A stretch of 64,000 nt of DNA, taken from the NCBI GenBank assembly GCA_973851085.1, contig OZ316775.1, positions 19,778,001-19,842,000 on the forward strand. The letters run 5' to 3'. Below are positions 25,281-37,672 of this stretch, in pieces; positions within the stretch are counted from its first letter, which is position 1; every line of letters starts with the position of its first letter. The notes beneath the pieces were generated by a model. It saw nothing but the letters and a program-made list of their open reading frames with translations, did not search any database and was not told the origin of the DNA. This stretch comes from Ptychomitrium polyphyllum (Eukaryota). A program made the translations under genes and the position numbers.

Positions 25281-26126
25281 CTGCAAAGCTCTCTGATATG
25301 TCGCTCATCCCAATTTTCACACTGATTTAATTACTTTTGAGTGGCATGCATACAGTATATAGTTGCAAGATTGTGCTGGCGACCTAATCCCTATGTGCTT
25401 GTATGGGTCTGTAGAAGGGAGGGCTGCCGAGAGTTCGTTGAACACTTGAAATAGTGATTGCTCCAACAATTTAAAGGTCAAAAATTTAAGAATGCTCCAA
25501 TTTTAAAAATCAAAACTGAATGATGAAATACACCATATTGAATGCATCAGTGGTTAGTTTGTAACTTTTGTGGTTATTTAATATAATGTAACATTTACCT
25601 TCGGTGGTTTATTTGCATGGTCTCCCGTAACAGTGATACCAGAGCCACTTCAGCAACTTAGAGCATAACCACACTTTCGTGATTCAAAGACATCGATAAA
25701 AATTCCAGGAAATATGATCTTGAGCAACAAAAAGTATAACTTGCTACTTGGCTGCTACTTGGCAGCCCTTTAACTGCTCAACTTTAAACGTCACTCTAGC
25801 AAGAACACCTTGCAATTAACTTCCAAAACCTTGCATGGACGAGGGTTAAAGGCACCTGTATTATGATTACAGTAGCTTCGGCATACAATCTCGTGGCAGC
25901 TGCTTCTACAATCGGAAGGGTACAATCATCCCATCGACATCTGCTAATCCCGTCCACCTTATCATGACTATTTTCTCGAAAATGCTCCTCGGATCTATCG
26001 GAAACCAGCCATGAACGAGCCGATCAGATATAAAATTGGGCGAATCTTCATCTATAACTTAATTCTTCCATCCCCACACTCAGCTGCTCAGTCACAATTG
26101 TTACTGCAGGTCGAGATATCGCAACC

Positions 26127-26811
26127 ATAGCGTCGAGGACCTCATACCTGTTTCTACCCGCACTGCTGGTTGTGGCCAGCTTGTGCGTAATGGCTACGGA
26201 GGGTATGTAATTACTGATTCCTCCAATGCGGTCAGAGGGCTCGTGTTGATAGCTGCGTGACCATGGAAGCGTTTATTCAAGGCAAAACCAAACTGGAATG
26301 TAACAATGAACGATGAGAATCCAGAGGCGGATGTTCACTTTCAGACGGCTATGACGATGCAGAACGTGAGCAGCCCGTTTGCAGGAGACGACGTTTGAGT
26401 TGGAGCGCTGCAATGGGTATCCCGCTCTGGGACCCTTTAAAGTGCAACTCCAGGTTGCGAATACTTTACGTCCGCTTGGAGGAACTCGTCAAAAACCTCC
26501 TCACTGCCACGGTCCCCATTCACTTGTTGGCCTTAAGTCCGGTGGTCGCGGGTGTAAATCAGGTGAATCTAGCGATGACTCTATCCTGGATGTTGCAGCC
26601 AAACGCAGTGAACATTAAGAATAAAGTGGAGGATGTAGTTCGCATTGTCAAGGGTATGATCTTCCGGTATACACAATTGGATTTACCTCGTCTGTCATAC
26701 CACAAGCTGGCTGATCACATCATGAGAAATTTCAATTTTCCGAAGTGGTGGTTCGGGAGGATGTACTTCACTTTTAGAACTGTGAAATTTAATTGTCTAT
26801 CATTTACGTAG
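26127..26811 (+). pseudogene. Possible pseudogene of a secreted or membrane-anchored protein
   Basis: Signal-peptide-like exon (ATA)ASRTSYLFLPALLVVASLCVMATE G|GTATGT, with ATA where an ATG is expected. After acceptor TTGATAG (~26250) the coding-like sequence has in-frame stops and frame switches, leading into the 26395-26811 ORF. Confidence 0.3.
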
Positions 26812-27643
26812 TTGTGTTTCCGTGCTTTTCACGAAGTCTGAATTAGACCAAGCGTGTGGAATCCCCTTTCCCTCCTCATTGTGGTGATTGTGTGACCACT
26901 GGAATACAGAGTCTAATTTGATTTGATTTATTTTCTCTTTGTATTTACTTCAGAATCAAAGAGGATTAGTGACAAAGATGCATGCATTGGGATATGTGTA
27001 CCAACCAAGTGAATGAAACTATCCAACCATAAATATAAATAACATGAAGAAGGAGGTGAGATCATTGGTGTAATTTTGGTTAACAAAAGCCCTAAATTTA
27101 CAAATGACTAATATCTTCATTCATTAGGTTGGATTAGTTACATTTTTAGGAACTCTCATTCAATTTAGGAAATTTGAGACCGTTCACAAGTTGCTTCTTA
27201 ATACTTAGCAATTGTGCTTGGTTCAACTAGCCATTTAATTACCACATTTAAAAATACTTTTTTCAAATGTAGCTTTTATAATAAATACATAACTTGTTTT
27301 ATCAATTTAGTTGCAAAAATGATGCGGCTAGGCAGACCAAAGGTAGATAGATCAAAGAACATTGCATTGGTCAAAGCTCTATTTGCTTTGTTAACTGAAA
27401 TTTAGTAGATTGACAAGGAATTGTATTTAAAGACAAAAGACCTACAATAGAAGTTAAACATATTTGGAAGGTTTTTAATGTTTTATCAAAACAAGGCTAC
27501 TCCATGTTTTCTACTATTTGGTCACAATTTTATTTGCATATTAAGTACTTAAGTATAAATTCTTATAAATGCACAATTTGCCTCACATCCATTCTTGCAA
27601 AGAACATTAGTTTAATTTAGCCATATTCTTGCAATATTGTTGA

Positions 27644-28050
27644 TGTCACAATTATACATTATGCAATATAACCTTAAAGAGCCTTCCAATAGCCTCTAGT
27701 AGCTTCAAACAACCTCTCATTACTTTTTTGAAAGCCTCTAGTAGATTCTAATAGCTTCCACTATTTAGAATGCTTCTTAAGAAAGCTCCATAAGCTTCCA
27801 AAATATTCTATAACTTCATAGGGAGTTTTTTTGGAAGCAGCTTTGGAAGCATAGGCTTCATGGTATAAATTGGAAGCATGATGAAGTATATGTTAGTTTT
27901 GCCAATACAAGCTATGGAGCATATTTGTTGTCTTGCCTTATTTTTTGTTATTGCACTATTTTTATTATCTAATAGCTCCTTAGAAACTAACTCTACATAC
28001 CAATTATTTCTCTAGATTTTTTGTTATTTTTATTTCTTGTATTGCTAACA
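27644..28050 (+). mobile_element. Candidate solo LTR (407 bp)
   Basis: Begins TGTCACA and ends TAACA (TG...CA). Flanks GTTGA/GTTAA match 4/5 as a target-site duplication. Internal degenerate GCTTC/GGAAGC repeats are followed by TATAAA at 27864. Confidence 0.5.
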
Positions 28051-29062
28051 GTTAAAGTTCATAAAGCTAAATTCACTACATTTTTAAAGATTCAAAGTTA
28101 AATTGATTTAGATTCTCCTCATACAAGTACTTATTAAAGTTGGCTAGTGGATATGGCCAATTTAAAATTAACTAGGTTGCTATGATCCTTTGTAGGAAGC
28201 TAAACAATTTCATACTAGTCAAATAAAGTGATTTGTTCTTCTCTTATAAATTCAAGCATGATATAAGCATTAAGAACTTCTCCACTATTTGAGAGTTTCC
28301 TTGTATCCACACATTGGCTTAGAAAATCAAGTTAATTTTACGTCCTCGCAATATTAAAGAATGTAAGGAAGTCTTTCATTGGCAGATTAGATCAACGTTT
28401 TAATCATTGCCATGTTCTTGAGATAACTCACAATACTTAGCATTTAGTTTTTCATACTTACACATGTGCCATTCTGGACCTAAAGATAATTCTAGTGTTG
28501 TTCTTTCAAACATGGATACATCATGTCAAGCAACTCAAAAAAAGAGGAGGATAAAGAAGTATAAAAATACATTAAGGAAAGGGAAGCAAAGCAACAAAAT
28601 AATTCATTTTAGAGTACAATCCTATGCCAAAGAGCAAAATTATGTATAAGAATTTGACATACAATAAACTCTAAAAAACAATGCATAAGACTTTCTCCCG
28701 ACATTTGTATTTACTTGCCGCAATTTCAAATGAAGAAGAAAACACTCCATCATTTGTCGTCTTGATTCTGCTTTCACATCACACCTATGAGGCAATAAGC
28801 CTAGAGAAATGTCTATGAACCTATAACATGGGATATGAAAAAATACCCCACCCTGCTCATTGCAACTCAAATGAAACCTGTGAGAACGTTCTGTTTCAGA
28901 TTGAAACTGTGCCCTACAAAAGGGGCGAGAGCGAGAATGGTGCCGCGTTCACACTGCCGCACCACGGAGCACCAAGGAGGCCCGGACGGACTGGACGATG
29001 CAGCCATCACATCGGTGTCACCAACACTCTCGCCTTTTAGGCAGCGCAGGCTCTAGATTCTA

Positions 29063-29173
29063 CTCTCTCTCGCACTCTCTCTTGCACTCTCTCTTGCACA
29101 CTCTCTTGCACTCCCTCTCTTGCACACTCTCTTGCACTCTCTCTCTTGCACTCTCTCTCTTGCACTCTCTTGC
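29063..29173 (+). repeat. (CT)nTGCA tandem repeat in the ENR leader/promoter
   Basis: About nine units of 10-14 nt, e.g. CTCTCTCTTGCA, ending ~90 bp upstream of the ENR ATG. Confidence 0.9.
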
Positions 29174-29259
29174 GTTTCGTCGTGCTCAACGCAGTACTGC
29201 TGGTCTCCACTCGGCACACGCTGCCGCTCAATTGCCTCAGTCACAGCCCACTGCATTCC

Positions 29260-32200
29260 ATGGCCACCATGTCCATGCGCGCTATGGCAGTGGCGGCTAC
29301 CGTCGCCTCGCCTGCGGCGTCGCCTAATGCGCACCGGCACGGGGCTCACGCTATGCTGTCCACGTTCCATGGCGTCAGAGCGCTCGGTAGGTGTGCCGCC
29401 ATCGGTCCCGGCGTTGCTCACCTTTCAATGCAACAGAGCAACAAGACAATGAGAGCTTTCACTGGCGTGCGCGCCAAGGCGTCCTCCAATGGTGCATCCG
29501 TGCCCTCCGGGCTTCCCATTGATCTGCGAGGTGGGTTTTCTGGTTTTTGTGGGGTTTTTCATTTTGGTTCATGTGTTTGGGTTGATGGTGTGGTGTGAGT
29601 TTGTTTGACGATGGTCTGTCGGTGGTTTGTAGGGAAGAGGGCATTTATTGCCGGCGTGGCGGATGACCAAGGATTTGGTTGGGCTATTGCGAAAGCCCTT
29701 GCAGCTGCCGGGGCCGAGATTCTCGTCGGAACTTGGGTGCCAGTAAGTTGGATTATTTTGTGGAATGTGCGATTGTTTTTGGCTCATGTCGAGTGAGTGT
29801 TTTAAGCTTTTGGATTGGGTTCAGTTCGATTTATCCTAGTGGTGAACACAATGCAGGCCCTTAACATCTTCGAGAGCAGTCTAAGGAGGGGCAAATTCGA
29901 TGAATCGCGAAAGTAAGTGCTTTGCATTAAAGGGTTTTGTTGGCGAGGATTTAGAGGTGTCTTTGCCTTCAGGAAATGCCGAATTCATCAAATTGAACTG
30001 ATATCGTTAACTAGTTCTAGTTTTTTTCTGGCAACTGGAGTAATTTGCAGTGATTGCAATGAGAAAAATGTGAAGGTTTTACTGGATCAGGCGGATTTAT
30101 AGTGCTTTAGGTTTTGTGTATTTGACCAGATTGATCCTTGTTAGCAATGTATTATAGAGCATGGATATCCGAGCGATAGCAGCTCATTGGTTTGCTAATG
30201 TGGGTGTGCTTTGTTTGCTCGTTACTGCAGGCTCCCTAATGGAGGACTCCTTGAAATCACCAAAGTTTATCCTCTGGATGCTGTTTTTGACACTCTCGAA
30301 GATGTGCCTGAGGATGTAAGCGAACCTCACAATTTGTGCATAGAATCTCTGTTATAGATGCGTTTACGGATGAGGTAGTCGTTTAATTCAATTTGGGTTG
30401 TGAACTGCAGAACTTAGACCTTAGACTTGATTCGTTTTTCTAAATCGTTTGAATTTTAGGTCTTCTGAATTTCCTGCTGATGTATTTCTGCACAATCCAC
30501 TTTAAAGCATAGTTTGCCCTCCTGCAGAACATATTCATCAACGCTTAGAATAATGTGCCAGAATGGCGACGGTGTGATTGCTTTGTCAATTTTGTTGGTA
30601 AGATCGTGTTCTTACTGAATTGCACTCACAAGCTTGGGGAATGTATATCCAGATCAAAACCAACAAGAGATACGCTGGGTCAACGTCTTGGACTGTGCAG
30701 GTAGTTTTTTCTGCTCGTCTTCTCTCATTAGGCTTTGTTAAGTCTCTTCGAGAACCAGAAGAGCTGAACAGCACTTTCTTAGAGAGTTTCATTGGGAATG
30801 CAGAATGAAAAGTTAGAATTTTTCAAATTGCCTTGTAGACCTTGCGGTCCATGTTCTTCAGTAACTAAGAAACTCTCTTTCTATATTTCACAAATTTTTC
30901 CAAACAAGTAGTAATGTTACATTGGTAGTATGTACGTCGATTACATTTTCTAATGGGATTTTTAATTATTATATGCTGCAGGAATGTGCCGAAGCCGTGA
31001 AGGCTGACTTTGGCACCATTGACATCCTGGTGCATTCACTTGCAAATGGACCTGAAGTAAGGATTCCAATCACCAAGTAGAATCTGAGGTTGTATAAGTT
31101 TTTGGTCCTAGGCATGGTCCTCTTCCTCAGTTCCTTTTTTTGGATATTTGTGTCAACAAAAATCTGCTAAGCATAGGTGCTTGTGTTCGCCTAAATAGAT
31201 TGGCTATTACTGTCTCCAGGTAACCAAGCCACTTATGGAGACCACACGAAAGGGCTATTTGGCAGCAATCTCAGCTTCCACTTATTCCTACGTTTCACTT
31301 CTGAAATTCTTCGCTCCTATTATGAACCCAGGTATGGAATGACTTTCTAACATATTCGTCTGATGTTTTTTACGTATATCTCTGCTAAAATTACGACTAT
31401 TTCTACATGACATAGGTGTTTGAACTATGTCTTATATGATTTTGATTTTCCTTGAGGTCATGTCAGAGTATAGTTTGCATTCTGATATTTAGGTGAATAG
31501 CATTCTCTCGATGAACAGGTTTCCTACTTAGCCACTGCATAATAAGAAGCCATTGTGGCTGATGAGTTGAGGGTGTCCTACCGGATATGATGTAATGTTG
31601 AGTGAAAAACTTTTATTCAACATGCTAGCAGTTTATCTAGATCTTCACCTGCGTAAGCAATTGATTTTACTTGAATGATACTGGATGGATTCAGGTGGTT
31701 CTTCACTTTCTCTCACTTACTTGGCATCTGAGAAGATTATCCCTGGGTAAAATTCAGACACTATTTCTTGCATGAATAAGTATGAATAAAACTTCATTTC
31801 CAATACTTTTTGATAAGCATGTTAAAATTTTCAAAACGTGTGTTTTTTATGGGAAGAAAGTGTGCGTTAGTTGGGTTGAACTGTTCTGCGAGCTAATGCA
31901 CTGTTCATAGTTTGAATTGCTTCTTGGGTACTGGTTGTTCCTTGTATCATGCATCTGCTGCATGTGTTCTAACAGAATTCTGAGCATAGTAATGTCTTGG
32001 GACCCTATAGGTTTTCTGTATTTCTTTTTCAATGAATCGAATGAGTACGATGGTTGAAGATATTGTTTGTGCTCATGATAGATATGGTGGTGGGATGAGC
32101 TCTGCTAAAGCTGCGCTTGAGAGTGATACACGTGTAAGTATTTATCTATGCAAGTTTTTCTTCCTGGCTCACGTGTGAAGAATTCGTCCAAAAAAAATTC

Positions 32201-33223
32201 TCTGAGTATATAATGAGACGTGGATAATGTCACGTTTTGTCGTCTCCAATCTTTTCTCTTTAAAAACGAAAGAGTGTAGTTTCTATTTCAGCCTGAGTGT
32301 TTGTATGAAGTTCATAGTAGCATGCCGTTAGTGATCAAAGTCAGATTTCAGATGGTTTCAATGTTGATCGATCTGTTGATTTTCCTTTCTATCAGGTTCT
32401 CGCATTTGAGGTTGGCCGAAAGTATGGCATTCGGGTGAATACCATTTCAGCAGGTATTGAAATGTTGGTACGCTTATTGTTAGAATATCAAGAATTTTCC
32501 TGTTAATTGTTTTGGTCTGTCATTTTGTTGTTAGTGTCACTATTATCTAGAGTAATGGTTTATTCTATTTGGCAGTGAGTTTTAAATGATCAGAAAACAG
32601 ATGATAATGAGTTATGCTGAATACACATATCTGTATCATAGTGTTATTGGTTGGGTTTGGGGTTGTGCAATCAAAACTAGGCGAGGATTGTATGTTCTAT
32701 ATTATTAGCTGCTGATCTTTTTAATGCAGGTCCCTTGAGAAGCAGAGCAGCAAAGGCTATCGGTTTTATTGATGACATGATTAACTACTCCACTGCTAAT
32801 GCACCTTTGCAAAAGGAGCTGGAAGCAGGTATGTCTTACATTCCTTCCATGATAATCAATGGTCATAATATTATGCCACAAAGCGTCTGAGTGGGTAGTT
32901 TCATTTTCGTCTTCAGATATGCTCGGTTGTGAAATTAAAGCATTCTGGCCCTTTGGGTCTTTTCCCTGTTCGTTTGCATTACTGAAATCTTCCTCCACTT
33001 TCCCTGCTTTCAAGTTTTTTTCGATAGCCTTGTCACTTTTCTTGCGTGTGCAGATGATGTCGGACATACAGCTGCATTCTTGTCATCACCACTGGCTAGT
33101 GCTGTAACTGGGACATTGATCTATGTTGACAATGGGCTACATGCGATGGGCTTGGCAGTTGACAGTCCATCAGTTTCTAAGGCAGCAGCTCCAGCTCCTG
33201 AGAGGACCAATGTGGCCGCTTGA
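29260..33223 (+). CDS. ENR: Plastid enoyl-[acyl-carrier-protein] reductase (NADH), FabI/MOD1-like, 12 exons, 395 aa with transit peptide
   Basis: Exons 29260-29530, 29633-29742, 29857-29912, 30231-30315, 30653-30700, 30982-31056, 31220-31331, 31695-31746, 32082-32133, 32396-32453, 32730-32828, 33054-33223. All introns GT-AG; 1188 nt in frame. Motifs: [68 protein letters not shown] (catalytic Tyr/Lys), [18 protein letters not shown]. The Ala/Ser/Arg-rich N-terminus fits a transit peptide. Confidence 0.97.
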
Positions 33224-36200
33224 ATTACACGTTCTGTTCTTAAGGTTAGAAATTCTGTTGAATATTCTTAACCTGCTGGTAAATTTTTTGTACTTGCACG
33301 AATTTGATGTGGTATGTACCACTTCTAGGAAGAAGTTATAGTAGGCTAGTTGGATTCAGCACTCTCTCATAGTTTTTTTTGTCGATACTGGCAAAGCTGA
33401 AGATGCACCTTCGAGTAAATCAGGCTTACTGCTATCCTGTATGAACCCTAGTATAGGTTTTAGATATTCGTGTCTGATTTCAGTTTTCAAAGTACATTTT
33501 GGAAAAGGTATGATATAGGAGCCCGTCTATCTCTTGTCGTACATTGAATGCTCATGGAGTCTATTTTGCTAATAAGTCATTCAATTGCTGAACACGACCA
33601 CTGAAGCTCGAGAAAGGGGCGTGAATCCACTATAATTCGAGATTTATTTTCTTTTGCCATTAACTTTTGCAATCACAATGAAGTCCAACATTTTATAAAT
33701 CACAATACAAAACCATGTCAGTTTGAAGCTTAAACTTATATTCGTCATTTTGGCGAAGTACTTTAGACATAGTTATACTCTACATTTTTTTTAAATTAGA
33801 GTGCTTTATTTGGCAGCATGGGTTCAACCAAAATAACGAATATAATGTTCTCAGCAGCATCCTCTTAATTATGGATGTCCCACATCCTCTATTCTCCAAG
33901 AAAGCACATCTTTTGAAGTTCTTATTTGTCCATGTGGAAGTTGCTATGAAAGTTCATTCCTTGAAATTGGAGAATGCATGGCAAGGTTGTATGTCTACAA
34001 TAATTTTCCATTGCACATTCTTCAAACTTCATCATTTCCTTCCACAAATTAAATCTCTTACTAAATTTTAGTGTTCCATTTTGCCAAAAAAATTAAAAAC
34101 AAGTAAAGAAAAATTACTAAAGTTGTACAAAGCCTTGATTACACTTCTTTAATATTAAAACTTTCACCACAATGTCAAATACATAATTACAATTTCATTA
34201 GAAAAAAGAATCACCATATTAATCTAAATTTTATATTTCAATGAATCATGTGTAATCATTCAATCAAATTTTCAGTAATCAAACAATGAAAAGTAAAACA
34301 AAAAATTGTTCCAAATAAATACTCAAATTGAAATATAGATGAGAAAACAGTTAGATGATTGTTTTGTAGTTAGTTATTTCAATTTGTATATTTATACTAA
34401 TAAGAGTTTTAAGAATATAATATAATACAATAGATTAACAATTGGAAATTGTTTTTATGGCTTTATATTATGTTTCCAAGTTGTACAAATATGTTTTTGG
34501 ACTGCAAATGAAAAAATACATATTTGAATATTACATGATTACACTAATTGCAATTATCTAAATAAATTTTTTTGAATGTACTTCAAAATACATACAAAAA
34601 CTTCTCTACAAGATATCATTAATTTTACATTGGTTGAAATAATATTCTTAATATTTGTATACTAAACTATTTAATATATTATCTTTTTTTATACAAATTA
34701 CTTTTTAAAAGGTGAAATATTATTTAGATTATTAAATTGTTTCTTTCAACTAATATATTATATTTCGTGAACATTATTTCATTTTTCTAATAAAATTTAA
34801 AAAATTTGAAGCATTTTTGGACTTTTAAAGTTGCCTTCTTTATGAAGTTGACACATAAACTTATAATTGATTTTTAGCTCCACATGTCTTTTATTGTGTT
34901 TTTTCTTTATTAAATTTAATCAAACTTAGTTGGAATTTTAGAAACATATAGACTTGCTTTGTGGTATTTATACTTGGCCAAAAAATACTTTAATTCCTAA
35001 AGATCCTAAACTTTTTTCAATCTAAAAACATCATTGCTTTTGAAGTTGCACAAGGATATTATATTAATTTATTTATCCCAATATAACGTTTTTTAATAAA
35101 AAAATATTTGATATCATTTTAAAAAGGCATTAGTCTAACTTGACTGTTAAAAATATTTCATATGTTCAAAAATGGCCTTGTAAAGAAAAGTTGTCTACAT
35201 TATAATCCCTTTGTATTAAAATGCTTGCTAAATCTTTACAACACCTTACATCAATATAAAATGTTTTTTACAATACTTGAACTTGATTTGGAATCTAATT
35301 CAATAACTTTTATTAGAATTAAACACTAATTGAAGGGAAAAAAGGCTCCTGGAAGTTTAAATTATTCAAGGTTACAATTTTTGAATATCATTTAGAATGG
35401 TACAAATTTAATTTACTTTGTATTATGCTTGATTCCAACCAATGAAGTGACAAGATGGAAGAAGAACAAAGGCGCACAAGGCATTTTAAAGTTTGAGATG
35501 CTTGTGATTGATGTCATATTTGAAGCTTTGACATTCTTTAGATGATAATTTGTATTGCTAGTGATTGTTGCCTTATTGTTGCTAGATTTGTAGCATTGAC
35601 ATTTCCAAAGTTAAAAAAAAAAGTCATACAATAACTTTTAAGGTTTAGGATTTGTTAGAATAGATGTCATTTGAATGAGGATTTAGGCACAATTGTATAA
35701 TACCTATATTCAATATTGTAGAAAGTTATGTAACCTAAAAATTCCCATTGGAGATGAAGGAGGAATTAGAAACACCAAAATGTAGAAGATTTAGGTTTTT
35801 TTTTTAAATTACATTAAAATTTAAGTTACATGTGGAGACCACCTAGAGACTAATGGATTTGCAAAGAGAGCGGTACAAACAATCAAGTATGAATTATACA
35901 ACATGGCTTAATAAAATCCAACTTTTAAGATTGGAATTTGAAATTGCTTTGAATAATAATTGATTATTGCTTTTGTCAATAGACTTTTCTTACATCCTAT
36001 AGCCTTTGCAAGCCATTATATAACAGTGAATAAGGTATTTTCATTAATAGTAAGAAAGAAATTAGACCTAGCTATAATTTAAAATGAATCAAGAACTTAG
36101 GTGCAAATTCTTAGAAAATTAAGTAGAGTATTTTTAAAAGACAATGCTTATGGCTATTGAGAACTTAACAATAGTGCAATGCAAAGAGACTTTAGGTTAT

Positions 36201-37364
36201 AAATGCATTAAAATAGAACTTTCAAGCTTCAACCATAAAAATTTAAGGTTGATTATTATGTATATATTTGTAGCAAGAGTCACCAACAACCTTAGATATC
36301 TATTCAAGGAGAACCATTTTAAAGATTAAAACAACATTACTTAGTGGAATCCTTTCCTTGAATGGCAAGGATGGACAAGAATGCAAGGATAATTTTAAAA
36401 ATTGAGCTTTCTATCAATTTGCATATAGAAAAGGCTATTCAAATAGAATTGGCAATGGTTCCAGTTGGAAGTAAGTGTTTCAAATGTAAAAATTAAAAGT
36501 TCAACCATCATATTGTTGTGTAATTTGAGCCAACAAAGTTGGCATATGGCACGTTTCAACCACTATCAATCTTTGTAAGAAAAGTAGATTTAATTACAAA
36601 ATAAAAAATGATCAATTTTACATTTTCTTTCAAAGAAACATTGAAGATTTCTTCTATCGGATCAAAGATGATTTTATTTTGTAATATGTTATAGTATAGT
36701 ATAAACAACAAGTTTGTAACATTGACACTTCACTAAAAAATAACTAGAAATTAATAGCACTAGAAGCAATTAAAGATGGATCTTAAACACAACTAGGCTT
36801 ATCCCTTAATCTATGATATTTTTTGAGGTTGGTAAAGGACAATGGCCTAACAAATGTCTTCTACAACATATTTTTATATAAGAAATTCAATGAATACTAC
36901 CTTAATTTGTAGAGCCTTGTTTTTCTTATATAAATTAAGCTACAATAATATAGTACTTAGTTAAGAATCAATTTTAGGGTTGTATACAGCTGCTTTGCTT
37001 TGCATGAATTTTTCATTAGGCACTTGTGCTAATGATTAAGTAGCTTATAAGAAATTTGTTTTAGAATAAGTGTACACATATTAGTGGTTCAGTTACATGA
37101 AACCTTTCATTATTAATGTGTAGTAATACATCATCATTCCAAAATGATGGTGAGATGTTTTTTTTATAAAAGATCCATATTCTTAGAGAAGGAAATTGAA
37201 TACCAAAACACATGTGTTATTAAGCCTAATACAATGTTCAATGAATATAGACTTTCAATTTATATTAGTTCTTTTATTAGCATCTTCATCATACACAACA
37301 AAATATTAAAAAGAATATTTTTAATCACATGGAATCAATATTTGGAAATGCCACCATTGGTAGT

Positions 37365-37672
37365 AAATTTAAATTTAAATAAAATAAGCACAAACCATTC
37401 TTGATTTGGATATGGGATGACAAAACCACATTTTTTGCAAGCATGCTATTGTATGGAATTTTAGAAGTGTCATTACATTTTTAGAGTTGAGCGGACTTGA
37501 AGCACACATGAATGATTTATTAAATCACCCTCTCCTAGGTCCAAAAATCCAGTGACGCATGTCAAAGCCCATACAACAACATACTTGGAAGGCATGTAGT
37601 TTTGTAATCTGATATCCAAATTTAGAATGTATTATGTTGATTTTCCAACGATGATATTTTCAAGTACTGATT
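37365..37672 (+). repeat. ~300-bp dispersed direct repeat, copy 1
   Basis: Aligns by eye with 45225-45552 (shared AAATAAGCACAAACCATTCTTGATTTGGATATGGGATGA ... TTTAGAGTTGAGCGGACTTGAAGCACACATGAATGATTTATT ... GGCATGTAGTTTTGTAAT ... ATGATATTTTCAAGTA), with scattered mismatches. Confidence 0.9.

Noticed and set aside
29063..29173. Possible CRISPR-like array
   Set aside because: There are no unique spacers, units are only 10-14 nt, the context is eukaryotic and no cas genes are present.
28998..29452. Several overlapping ORFs with low-complexity SLLH/ESAR repeats
   Set aside because: They are translations of the (CT)nTGCA tandem repeat and alternative frames of ENR exon 1.
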